From NCBI GenBank assembly GCA_963555985.3, contig OY820591.1:224001-288000 (forward strand): 64,000 bases of DNA, given 5' to 3'. Shown piece by piece: positions 30,148 to 38,424 of the stretch (position 1 is its first letter; each line of letters opens with the position of its first letter). The stretch comes from Dehalococcoidia bacterium. Lineage in GTDB: Bacteria > Chloroflexota > Dehalococcoidia > Bin125. The translations under genes and the position numbers were made by a program. The notes beneath the pieces are model-generated. The model did no database searches. It saw only the letters and a program-made list of their open reading frames with translations, and was not told the origin of the DNA.

Positions 30148-31275
30148 ATGCCTATCGAATTCCTCGGCATGATCGGCGTCAAGCCCTCCGAGTCCAACGC
30201 CGCCATGCACATCATCGGCGGCGGCATCGACCTCGACTACCTCTGCCGCTTCACCCGCGCCCACGAGGACTCCGGTTTCGACGGCGTCCTCGTCGGCTAC
30301 ACCTCCGCCTCCGCCGACGGCCTCCATGTCGCCCAGGCCGCCGCCGCCTGCACCGAGCGCGTCAAATTCCTCATCGCCCACCGCCCCGGCTTCGTCGCAC
30401 CCACCCTCGCCGCGCGCAAATTCGCCACCCTCGACTTCTTCACCGGCGGGCGCGTCTCCGTCCACATCATCACCGGCGGACACGACGCCGAACAGCAGCG
30501 CGACGGCGACTGGAAAGGCCACGACCAGCGCTACCGCCGCACCGACGAATACCTCAGCATCATGCGCCGAACCTGGGAGCACGACGCCCACGGACGCGAA
30601 CCCTTCGACTTCGACGGCGAGTTCTACCAGATCGTCGGGCAAAACCCCGAAGTGCTGCCGATCCAGCCCGGCGGCATCCCCCTCTACTTCGGCGGCGCCT
30701 CCGACATCGCCTTCGAAATCGGCGTCAAACACGCCGACGTCTACATGATGTGGGGCGAACCCCGCGCCTCAATCGCCGCCGCCATCGAGCGCGTCCACGA
30801 AGGCGCAGCCAAGCATGGGCGCAAGCCCCGACTCTCCGTCTCCTTCCGCCCAATCATCGCCCCAACCGAGGATCAGGCCTGGGAAAAGGCCCGCAACTAC
30901 CTCGCCGCCGTCAACAAGCTGGCCAAGCAGCCGCTCGACTTTCGCCCCCAGTCGCGAGGCTCGCAGCGCCTGCTCGAATTCGCCGCAAAAGGCGACATCC
31001 ACGACGAGCGACTCTGGATGCCAATCGCGGGCGCAACCGGCGCCGCCGGCAACAGCACCGCCCTGGTCGGCACCCCCGAACAGGTCGCCGAAGTCCTGCT
31101 CAAGTACATCGACTTGGGCGTCACCACCATCCTGATCCGGGGCTTCGACCCTCTCCCCGACGCCATCGACTACGGGCGCGAGCTCATCCCGATGGTCAAG
31201 GCCGAAGTCGCCCGCCGCGACGCCGAAGCCGCGCAAGTGGCCAAGCGTCAAGACGCCGCGGCCGTCGCAGACTGA
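30148..31275 (+). CDS. Luciferase-like (LLM) flavin-dependent monooxygenase, SsuD/MsuD-like
   Basis: AHEDSGFDGVL, LIAHRPG, RYRRTDEY, LYFGGAS, WGEP, GNSTALVGTPEQVA. Confidence 0.92.
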   Translation: MPIEFLGMIGVKPSESNAAMHIIGGGIDLDYLCRFTRAHEDSGFDGVLVGYTSASADGLHVAQAAAACTERVKFLIAHRPGFVAPTLAARKFATLDFFTGGRVSVHIITGGHDAEQQRDGDWKGHDQRYRRTDEYLSIMRRTWEHDAHGREPFDFDGEFYQIVGQNPEVLPIQPGGIPLYFGGASDIAFEIGVKHADVYMMWGEPRASIAAAIERVHEGAAKHGRKPRLSVSFRPIIAPTEDQAWEKARNYLAAVNKLAKQPLDFRPQSRGSQRLLEFAAKGDIHDERLWMPIAGATGAAGNSTALVGTPEQVAEVLLKYIDLGVTTILIRGFDPLPDAIDYGRELIPMVKAEVARRDAEAAQVAKRQDAAAVAD

Positions 31276-31286
31276 GCGGACCGATC

Positions 31287-32417
31287 ATGAACGACGCCGA
31301 ACGCCGAATCCGCGCCTACGAAGAACTGGGAGACCATCGCACCGGCCGCGAGGCCGACAACAAGACGACCTGGTGGATGCTCGAAGAACTGCGCAAGGTC
31401 GGCGTCCAAGCCGACCCCCAGACCTGGCGCTTCCCCCGCGTCGAGATCCACGACGCCGGAATCCAATTCGGCCCCTGGGACATTCCCGCCGTCCCCACCT
31501 TCGACTGCGCTTTCACCGACCACAACGGCCTCAGCGGCGTCCTCCGCACCGATAGCGGCCCCGGCATCGTCATCTGGGAGTTCGCCGCCGACGACCAAGA
31601 GCGCATGGCGGCAGGCATCTACACGTCGTTCGAGTTGGCCCGCGCAGACGGCGCCGACGCCATCATCCTCGTCATGGGCGACCCCGACGGTCATCCCGTC
31701 CTGCGCAACGCCGAGCGCCCGCTCGACCCGATTCCCCTGCCCATCCTGCAAGTCGCGCCGATGGATGCCGAACCGTTGCTCGATGCGATCGGTTCCGAAG
31801 CGACCATGGTTGTGGACGGCGGCCGGGTAGACGCCCCAGCCCACAACGTGATCGCCGGCATTCCCGGCACGGATCCGGACGCCGCCCCAGTCACCCTGAT
31901 GACCCCAAAATCCGGCTGGTACACCTGCGCCGCCGAGCGCGGCGGCGGCATCGCCATCTGGCTGGAAGTCGCCGGCCGCATCGCCGCAAACCCCGGACGC
32001 CGCAGCCTCAACCTCGTCGCCTCCAGCGGACACGAACTCCACCACTTGGGCCTCGATCACTACATCCGAGAGCTCGGCGACGCTGCGCATCAAGTCCACG
32101 CCTGGATGCATCTCGGAGCCTCAATCGGCTCCCGCAACGGAATCCCCAGCTACGCCGCCTCCGACGACGAGTTGTTCGCGGTCGCCACCGACGCCCTCAA
32201 CGCCCAAGGCCTGAATCGCCGAGCCTTCCCCGTCGGCAACGCCGGCTTCGGAGAGGCCCGCAACATCGGCGAGATCAACGGCCGCTTCGTCTCCTTCCTC
32301 GGAGGCCACCCTTACTTCCACAGCCCCCAAGACACCTACGACCGCTGCGTCGATCCAGACTCCCTGGCCAAACACACCGACGCCGTGGAGCGGATTGTCC
32401 GGTACATGCTGAAGTAG
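31287..32417 (+). CDS. Hypothetical protein with M28-peptidase-like fold
   Basis: G.HRTG, HNVIA, AAERGGGIA and SGHELHHLG; ATG 11 bp after the LLM stop. Confidence 0.6.
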   Translation: MNDAERRIRAYEELGDHRTGREADNKTTWWMLEELRKVGVQADPQTWRFPRVEIHDAGIQFGPWDIPAVPTFDCAFTDHNGLSGVLRTDSGPGIVIWEFAADDQERMAAGIYTSFELARADGADAIILVMGDPDGHPVLRNAERPLDPIPLPILQVAPMDAEPLLDAIGSEATMVVDGGRVDAPAHNVIAGIPGTDPDAAPVTLMTPKSGWYTCAAERGGGIAIWLEVAGRIAANPGRRSLNLVASSGHELHHLGLDHYIRELGDAAHQVHAWMHLGASIGSRNGIPSYAASDDELFAVATDALNAQGLNRRAFPVGNAGFGEARNIGEINGRFVSFLGGHPYFHSPQDTYDRCVDPDSLAKHTDAVERIVRYMLK

Positions 32418-32425
32418 GCCCAGAG

Positions 32426-33637
32426 TCACGCGACGCCCGCACGACGCAATCGTGCCAACTCCGGCGCGCCAACACCAACCTCCAACAGCGCCTCCGCCGT
32501 CTGCTCCCCGAGCAGTGGGGGCGGACGCCGAATCGACCACGGACTCGCGCTCAACTGATACGGCGCACCGGGCAACCGGAGACCGTCGGGAAACTCCGGG
32601 TGCTCAAGCTCGGCCCAGAAGCTTCGCGCCGCTAGCTGCTCCGACTCTGCGACTTCGCCGATCGTATGCACTGGCTGGAACGAGATGTGGTTCTCTCCGA
32701 ACAGCTCCATCAGCTCCGCTTTGCTGCGCTCCGCCATCCAGGGATGCCAGAGGGCGTCCAGGTCGTCGGCGTGCTGGAAGGCGAGCCAGCGGTTCTGGAG
32801 CCGCTCGTCGTGCTGCCAATCGGGATCGCCCATCAGCTCTATGAACCGATTCCACTGACGGTCGACCATTGTGATCACTTCGTAGTAGCCGTCTTTAACC
32901 GGCGTCACCTGCCAGGGATAGAAGGCGTTCATGTGCGTGCCCGCGCGCCCGCGCGACTGACCGGTGAACACATACGCGGCGACCCCTGAACCGGCCATCA
33001 CGTTGCTGATGATGTCGACGATGCTGACCCAACTGTGCTGGCCCGCACCGTCGGCGCGCGTCGCCCGGCGGCTCAGCAGCGCCGCGATCGCTCCGTGAAT
33101 CCCGCCCTGGTACTGAGGCGCGTCGTAGGGCAGTCCCAGCGGGGCGCGGTCGGGATCTCCGATCCGGTAAGAGATGCCGGAGGCGAGAGAGGCGTTCAGC
33201 GACTCTCCCTGCCAGTCCTCACGCTGCGTGCCGATCCCGAAGACGGTGATGCTGACCTGGTTGAAGGCGGGATCGCCTTTGGCAAGGTCTTCCCATGTCA
33301 GCTTCAGCCGCCGCTGCCCGGCGATCGCGCGTGAGCTGATGACCGTGCCGGCGCTGCGGGCGAGCTTCCGATAGAGGCGGCGTCCGGCGGCGGATTCGAG
33401 ATTGAGCCTGACCGATCGTTTGTTGGTGTCCAGGAAGAGATGCAACCCGGAGCGTTCGCGCTGGGGCGCGTCGCCGGGGAAAGGCGCATGGCGACGGACG
33501 GAATCGCCGCTCGGGGGTTCGACCTTGATCACATCCGCGCCAAGGTCGGCGAGCAACTTGCCCGCGTAGGCGGCGGCGATCCCGCCGCCCTCTTCGAGCA
33601 CACGGAATCCATTGAGTGCGCCAACTGAGTCAGCCAT
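32426..33637 (-). CDS. Family III CoA-transferase (BbsE/F-like subunit)
   Basis: YAGKLLADLGADVIKVEPP.GD, TNKRSV and PPLLGEQT. Confidence 0.9.
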   Translation of the reverse strand: MADSVGALNGFRVLEEGGGIAAAYAGKLLADLGADVIKVEPPSGDSVRRHAPFPGDAPQRERSGLHLFLDTNKRSVRLNLESAAGRRLYRKLARSAGTVISSRAIAGQRRLKLTWEDLAKGDPAFNQVSITVFGIGTQREDWQGESLNASLASGISYRIGDPDRAPLGLPYDAPQYQGGIHGAIAALLSRRATRADGAGQHSWVSIVDIISNVMAGSGVAAYVFTGQSRGRAGTHMNAFYPWQVTPVKDGYYEVITMVDRQWNRFIELMGDPDWQHDERLQNRWLAFQHADDLDALWHPWMAERSKAELMELFGENHISFQPVHTIGEVAESEQLAARSFWAELEHPEFPDGLRLPGAPYQLSASPWSIRRPPPLLGEQTAEALLEVGVGAPELARLRRAGVA

Positions 33638-33697
33638 GCGCAGCAGGCTACCCTCTGCCTAGGTTCTGGGCGCGGGAGAATCTGATCGGAGCGGATC

Positions 33698-34519
33698 ATG
33701 GACGAGTTGAGCGGCAAGGTGGCGCTGGTGACCGGCGCCGGATCGGGCATCGGCCGAGGGATTGCTCTCGCGTGCGCCGAAGAGGGCATGCACGTCGTGC
33801 TCGCCGATGTCCAGCCGGGGACGGCTGAGGCCGTCGCGGTCGAGGTCGAGGCGAAAGAGGTACAGGCGCTCGCCGTCGACCTCGACATCACCGACACGGT
33901 CGGCTACGAGTGGCTGGCCGAGCGCGTCTACGAAGAGTTCGGCGAGGTCAACCTGCTGGTCAACAACGCCGGCGTCTTGACCGCCGGCCCTCTCACCGAC
34001 GCCACCCAGGCCGACTGGGACTGGACCTTCGGCGTCAACCTCTACGGCATCATCAACGGCGTGCAGACCTTCCTCCCGCGAATGCGCGCGCAGGACGGCG
34101 AGGCGCACATCGTCAATACGGTCTCGATGGCCGGGCTGCGACTCAACGAGGTCATCCCGCTCGGCGTCTACAGCGCCAGTAAGCACGCCGCCTTCGCCTA
34201 CTCGGAATCGCTGCGCGACGAGCTAGCCGCCGAGGGTATCGGCGTCTCGGCGCTCTGCCCCGGCGGCGTTGACACCCTGATCGGCGAAGCCGCGCGCAAC
34301 CGTCCCGGCCAGTACGGAGGCCCCAGCGAAGGAGCCGCGCGCGGCTTCAGCCCCGGAGCGATGTCGCAACAGATGAACCCTGAAGACGTGGGCCGGATCG
34401 TGATCAGAGGCGTCAAGGCCAACCGCTGGCTGATCTTCTCCCATCCCGAACTGCGCGCCCACGTTGAGCGGCGCTACCAGCGGATCATGGACGACTTTGA
34501 CTTCTTCGCCAACCAGTAA
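33698..34519 (+). CDS. Short-chain dehydrogenase/reductase
   Basis: TGAGSGIG, NNAG and YSASK. Confidence 0.95.
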   Translation: MDELSGKVALVTGAGSGIGRGIALACAEEGMHVVLADVQPGTAEAVAVEVEAKEVQALAVDLDITDTVGYEWLAERVYEEFGEVNLLVNNAGVLTAGPLTDATQADWDWTFGVNLYGIINGVQTFLPRMRAQDGEAHIVNTVSMAGLRLNEVIPLGVYSASKHAAFAYSESLRDELAAEGIGVSALCPGGVDTLIGEAARNRPGQYGGPSEGAARGFSPGAMSQQMNPEDVGRIVIRGVKANRWLIFSHPELRAHVERRYQRIMDDFDFFANQ

Positions 34520-34520
34520 T

Positions 34521-34587
34521 CCGTCATTCCCGCGAAGCCTGCCCCCGCGGAGGCGGGGAGCGGGAATCTCGCCCCAGGGATGACGGA
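34521..34587. repeat. REP family 2 unit with a nested hairpin insertion
   Basis: CCGTCATTCCCGCGAA[GCCTGCCCCCGCGGAGGCGGGG]AGCGGGAATCTC...GGGATGACGG. Confidence 0.7.
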
Positions 34588-34628
34588 CTAGATGAGGCTT
34601 CGAGCAGAACCGAAACGAGGAGAATCAG

Positions 34629-35579
34629 ATGAGCACCGAACACACTTCCGCCAGCGATGTCCTGCCCGATCCCGAGACCGTCGAAGTCTCCGACGGCATC
34701 TTCGCCTACATCCAGCACGACGGCTCCTGGTGTCTGAACAACCCCGCCTTTGTCGATGTCGGCGACCAGGTGATCGCGATCGACGCCTGCGCCAATGAGC
34801 GCCGCACCCGCCTCTTCCGGGAAGCGATCGCCGAGGTCTCCAGCAATCCCGTCCGCACCCTGGTCAACACGCATTCGCACATGGATCACACCTACGGCAA
34901 CTGCCTCTTCGCAGACGATGCAGTGATCATCGGACATCGAAATTGCCGCAACGACATCCTGCGCGACGCACCCAATCAGCGCGAGCGCGTCTCGGTCATG
35001 TTCCCCACCGTTGAGTGGGGCGACGTGACGCCGGTCGCGCCGAACGTCGTCTTCGACGACACGATGACCTTGTACGCCGGAGACCTCGAGCTGCAACTGA
35101 TCTACGTCTCGCCGGCCCATACCAACACCGACGCCGTGGTTTGGATTCCCGAGCGCCGGGTGCTGATCGCGGGAGACATCATCTTCAACCAGGGCACGCC
35201 GTTCGCGCTGATGGGTTCGGTCGCCGGTTGGCGGTCGGCGCTGGATCGCCTGAAGGAGTTGCCGATCGAGACCGTCATCGCTGGTCACGGTCCGGTCGCG
35301 GACGCATCCGTGCTCGACGAAGTGGACGCCTATCTGGAATTCGTCCAGCAATCGGCCAAGTCCGCCTTCGACGCAGAGATCGACCCGCTCGAAGCTGCCC
35401 GCGACCTCGACCTCGGACGCTTCGGCGAGTGGACCGATGAAGAGCGAATCGTCGGCAACCTCCACCGCGCCTACAGCGAACTCCGAGGCGAGGAGTGGGG
35501 AGCCGAGATCGATATGGCCACCGCCTTCGGCCAGATGCTCGAATTCAACGGCGGTCAGCCGCTGCGCTGTTTGGCGTAG
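34629..35579 (+). CDS. Metallo-beta-lactamase fold protein (cyclase-like)
   Basis: NTHSHMDHTYGN, AHT, AGD and GHG. Confidence 0.93.
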   Translation: MSTEHTSASDVLPDPETVEVSDGIFAYIQHDGSWCLNNPAFVDVGDQVIAIDACANERRTRLFREAIAEVSSNPVRTLVNTHSHMDHTYGNCLFADDAVIIGHRNCRNDILRDAPNQRERVSVMFPTVEWGDVTPVAPNVVFDDTMTLYAGDLELQLIYVSPAHTNTDAVVWIPERRVLIAGDIIFNQGTPFALMGSVAGWRSALDRLKELPIETVIAGHGPVADASVLDEVDAYLEFVQQSAKSAFDAEIDPLEAARDLDLGRFGEWTDEERIVGNLHRAYSELRGEEWGAEIDMATAFGQMLEFNGGQPLRCLA

Positions 35580-35606
35580 CGGGCGGCCACCCAGTTTCCG
35601 CTTCAC

Positions 35607-35776
35607 GGAGACCTTTGCGTAAATCAAGGCCCGTCATACCCGCGCTTGTCGCGGGTATCTCGCCGTGACCTGCACCGTCGTCGCCGGCACGGCGAGATTG
35701 CGCCCGGTTCAGGCTAGGGGCAGGCTGCAGCGGAGCGCGGCAATGACGGAGAACATCAACTTTCGCAACCGTCTCC
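35607..35776. mobile_element. MITE-like unit with IS5-type ends enclosing a REP doublet
   Basis: GGAGACCTTTGCG ... CGCAACCGTCTCC imperfect inverted ends; internal REP doublet at 35632-35748. Confidence 0.5.
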
Positions 35777-35915
35777 GCAAGCGAGAATCCACGTCGCACT
35801 CGAGACGCTGCGTGGATTCCCGCGTTCGGAGGGCTTTGCAAGATTCCCGATCTGAGCGTTTCGTCACTCTTGCGAACGCGAGAATCCACGTCGCACTCGA
35901 TACGCCGCATGGATT

Positions 35916-36956
35916 TCCTAGTCTCACAGACGAAGTGCGACAGATGATTGAGGTGAGCCCATGGGCGCGCAGTACACGCAGTTGGACCTGGCGGAGCGAT
36001 GCGCGGTTGCCCGCTTACAGGCCGAGGGGCGCTCGATCCGGCAGATCGCTGCAGCTCTGGATCGCTCGCCATCGACGATTGCTCGAGAGCTGAAACGCAA
36101 CACGGCGCGCGACGGCTACCGTCCCGACTACGCCCAGCAACAGGCCCAGGCGCGGCGCTGGCGCGGTTCGCGGCTGGAACGCGACGATCAGCTGCGCGCG
36201 CGGGTGCTGCGCGAGTTGGCCCGCGGGCTCTCGCCGCAACAGGTCGCAGGCCGGCTGGCGCGCGAGGCGGGCGCGCCGGTGATCTCGCACGAGAGCATCT
36301 ATCGCTTCATCTACGCCCAAGCCTCGCGGGCCAAGCCCGGCCGCGGCGGCGGTTGGCGCCAGTATCTGCCGCGGCGCAAGGCGAAACGCGGTTGGCGCGG
36401 GCGCAAAGGCGGCAGTTCGGTCGAGCGCATCCAACTGCGGCGGCCCCTGAGCGAGCGCCCGGCGGCGGCCGCCGGGCGGCTCGAAGCCGGTCACTGGGAG
36501 GCCGACCTGATGCTCTTCGGGCGCGGCGGTCCGCTCCTGCTGATGCTGCACGAGCGCTCCTCGCGGCTGCTCGTGGGCTTGCCCGTGGCGGGCAAGGCGG
36601 CCGCTCCGGTCGCGCGCCTGCTGCTCAGCCTGCTCCGCGCCTGGCCGCCCGCCCTGCGGCGCACGGTCGCGTTCGACAACGGGACCGAGTTCGCCCGCCA
36701 CTACGAACTGCACCGGCTGGGCGTGGAGACCTTCTTCTGCGACCCCTACGCGCCCTGGCAGAAGGGCGGGATCGAGAATGCGATCGGACGCCTGCGCCGG
36801 GTCCTGCCGCGCCGGCTCGACCTCGCCCAACTCAGCCTCGCGCGTTTGATCGAAGTGCTGCAGTTGTACAACAACACCCCCCGCCAGTGCCTCGACTACC
36901 TCTCCCCGGCCGAAGTCTTCGGTCGGCAGTTGTTGCAGTTGCAATGTGAACCCACC
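35916..36956 (+). mobile_element. IS30-family insertion sequence
   Basis: Imperfect terminal IRs GTCTCACAGACGAAGTGCGACA / TGTTGCAGTTGCAATGTGAACC. Interrupts REP GGA-TT-CCCGC with an apparent 2-bp TT duplication. Ends are uncertain by 1-2 bp. Confidence 0.85.
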
Positions 36957-36977
36957 TTCCCGCCTACGCGGGAATGA
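35961..36977 (+). CDS. IS30 family transposase
   Basis: HTH (SIRQIAAALDRSPSTIARELKRN), GHWEAD, FDNGTEF, PWQKGGIEN and NNTPR. Confidence 0.97.
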   Translation: MGAQYTQLDLAERCAVARLQAEGRSIRQIAAALDRSPSTIARELKRNTARDGYRPDYAQQQAQARRWRGSRLERDDQLRARVLRELARGLSPQQVAGRLAREAGAPVISHESIYRFIYAQASRAKPGRGGGWRQYLPRRKAKRGWRGRKGGSSVERIQLRRPLSERPAAAAGRLEAGHWEADLMLFGRGGPLLLMLHERSSRLLVGLPVAGKAAAPVARLLLSLLRAWPPALRRTVAFDNGTEFARHYELHRLGVETFFCDPYAPWQKGGIENAIGRLRRVLPRRLDLAQLSLARLIEVLQLYNNTPRQCLDYLSPAEVFGRQLLQLQCEPTFPPTRE

Positions 36978-37086
36978 CGGAAATGGAGATTTTGCAAAGG
37001 CCTCCCTGCGCGGGGACAGGCTCTCAAGGGGGAGGTTTGACTGAGAGGATGAGACATGGTGTAGCAGAGAGCGCTGCGGCGTTTTC

Positions 37087-37129
37087 ACCCCCTCTGTCAC
37101 TGCGTGACATCTCCCCCTCAAGGGGGAGA
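37087..37129 (-). repeat. REP family 1 copy (reverse orientation)
   Basis: CCCCCTCTGTCACTGCGTGACATCTCCCCCTCAAGGGGGAGA. Confidence 0.8.
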
Positions 37130-37153
37130 TCGATCACGGAGAGGAGATGGGAG

Positions 37154-38005
37154 TTAGCCGGCGGCTGCGGTCTGGATTTGGATGGGTTCCTCGTTGGGGC
37201 TGGTGAATTGGTCGAGGAATGCGAGGATGCGCTCCTCCGACTGGCCTTGGAGCTGGGGGAAGCGGTCGACGACTTCGCTGAGCAGAGCGTCGTGTGCAGG
37301 CGGCTCGGGGAGTTGGACGGAGTTGGAAGGAATTTTTTCCTCGGGGGCCGGAATTTCGACGATCTCCCGCTCTGCGCTGGAGATCGCGGGTTCGGGCTGT
37401 AAGGCTGTGGAAACCTCGGGGGTATTGGCCGGGGTTGGCGTCTCTTCAGCGTGGAGGTTGGGTTGGGCGGGTTGGGGAGATTCCGGAAGAATTTTTTCCT
37501 CCGAGGCCGGAATTTCGACGATCTCCCGCTCTGCACTGGAGGTCGTCGATTCGGGCTGTAAGGCTGTGGAAGGTTGGGGGGCGTCGGCCGTGGTCGGCGC
37601 TTCCTCGGTTTCGAGGCCGGGTTGGTCGGGGCGCTGCTCGGCGCGGCGGTGAACCTCGCCGACGGTGCGCCGGATCTCGCGCACGAGCGCGGTCAGTTGG
37701 GCGTCCTGAGCGTCGCGGGCGCGGAGGTATTCGACCGGGGTGAGGTGGTCGGCGAGGCGGGTGACTTCGTCGCCGCGCGTGGCGAGGGCGAGCCGGAACT
37801 GGAGCAGTTGCAGGGATTCGAGCAGGAGATCGTCGGCCGCGGGGGCGGCGATGCTGCTCCAGTGGGATTCGAGCAGTTGGAGGTCGTCGCGGACGGTGGT
37901 GTGGGAGAGGCCGAGTTGTTCGTCGATCTTGCGCAGGGAGTGGCCGCGCTGTTGGAGGTAGTGGACGCGGAGCGCGCGGCGGCGGCGGGCGGGGTGGATC
38001 TGCAT
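37154..38005 (-). CDS. HTH-domain protein with disordered, internally duplicated C-terminal region
   Basis: GHSLRKIDEQLGLSHTTVRDDL HTH; GAAAGGA RBS; 83-bp direct repeat at 37330-37412 and 37489-37571. Confidence 0.7.
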   Translation of the reverse strand: MQIHPARRRRALRVHYLQQRGHSLRKIDEQLGLSHTTVRDDLQLLESHWSSIAAPAADDLLLESLQLLQFRLALATRGDEVTRLADHLTPVEYLRARDAQDAQLTALVREIRRTVGEVHRRAEQRPDQPGLETEEAPTTADAPQPSTALQPESTTSSAEREIVEIPASEEKILPESPQPAQPNLHAEETPTPANTPEVSTALQPEPAISSAEREIVEIPAPEEKIPSNSVQLPEPPAHDALLSEVVDRFPQLQGQSEERILAFLDQFTSPNEEPIQIQTAAAG

Positions 38006-38024
38006 GGGCAGTCCTTTCTGAGTG

Positions 38025-38063
38025 ATACGGGTGTTCTGTGATGACTATAGTGAATTGGTGTTC
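38025..38063 (-). promoter_or_regulatory. Candidate LexA (SOS) boxes flanking a -10 hexamer
   Basis: Minus strand: cGAACaccaATTCa-cTATAGT-catcacaGAACacccGTATc; resembles GAAC-N4-GTTC. Confidence 0.55.
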
Positions 38064-38180
38064 GGGGTTGTGTGTCGTGGTTTATGGAGGGGGGAGGGAA
38101 CGGATCACGCGATGCGGGTTGGCGGTACGACCAAATGTGGAGATGGCTTCGGACTTGGGTGCTTCGAGATTCCTGCCTAC

Positions 38181-38399
38181 GGAGGCCTTTGCAAGATTCC
38201 CGAGCTGAGCGTTTCGTCATTCTTGCGAACGCGAGAATCTGCATCCCACTCGATACGCCGCATGGATTCCCGCGTTCGCGGGAATGACGGAAATGGGAGT
38301 TTTGCAAAGGTCTTCCTACGCAGGAATGACGGAGATGGGAGTTTTGCAAAGGTCTTCCTACGCAGGAATGACGGAGATGGGGGTTTTGCAAAGGCCTCC
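38181..38399. mobile_element. MITE with perfect 14-bp TIR and CTAC duplication, inserted in a REP hairpin loop
   Basis: TTCCTGC-CTAC|GGAGGCCTTTGCAA ... TTGCAAAGGCCTCC|CTAC-GCAGGAATGAC. Confidence 0.7.
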
Positions 38400-38416
38400 C
38401 TACGCAGGAATGACGG
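38281..38416 (+). repeat. 42-bp tandem repeat (3 full units + partial)
   Basis: GGAATGACGGARATGGGRGTTTTGCAAAGGYCTYCCTACGCA starting at 38281, 38323 and 38365, partial at 38407. Confidence 0.9.
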
Positions 38417-38424
38417 AATAGGGC

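Larger units (their letters stand above)
35828..37005. mobile_element. MITE (GGAGGSCTTTGCAA ends) interrupted by IS30
   Basis: Left GGAGGGCTTTGCAA, right TTGCAAAGGCCTCC. The internal sequence minus the IS matches the uninterrupted copy at 38181. Confidence 0.65.

Noticed and set aside
30141-31286. N-terminal half of the 758-aa ORF
   Set aside because: Off-frame overlap with the LLM monooxygenase; Arg/Pro-rich and motif-free. The real start is 31287.
35545-36093. ORFs across the REP/MITE cluster (also 37693..38723)
   Set aside because: Translations of palindromic repeats (SFPR.RES, RHSRE.GN patterns), not genes.
38281-38416. 42-bp periodic repeat as a CRISPR array
   Set aside because: Units are contiguous and near-identical with no unique spacers. 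They consist of a REP half plus a MITE end, and no cas genes are present.
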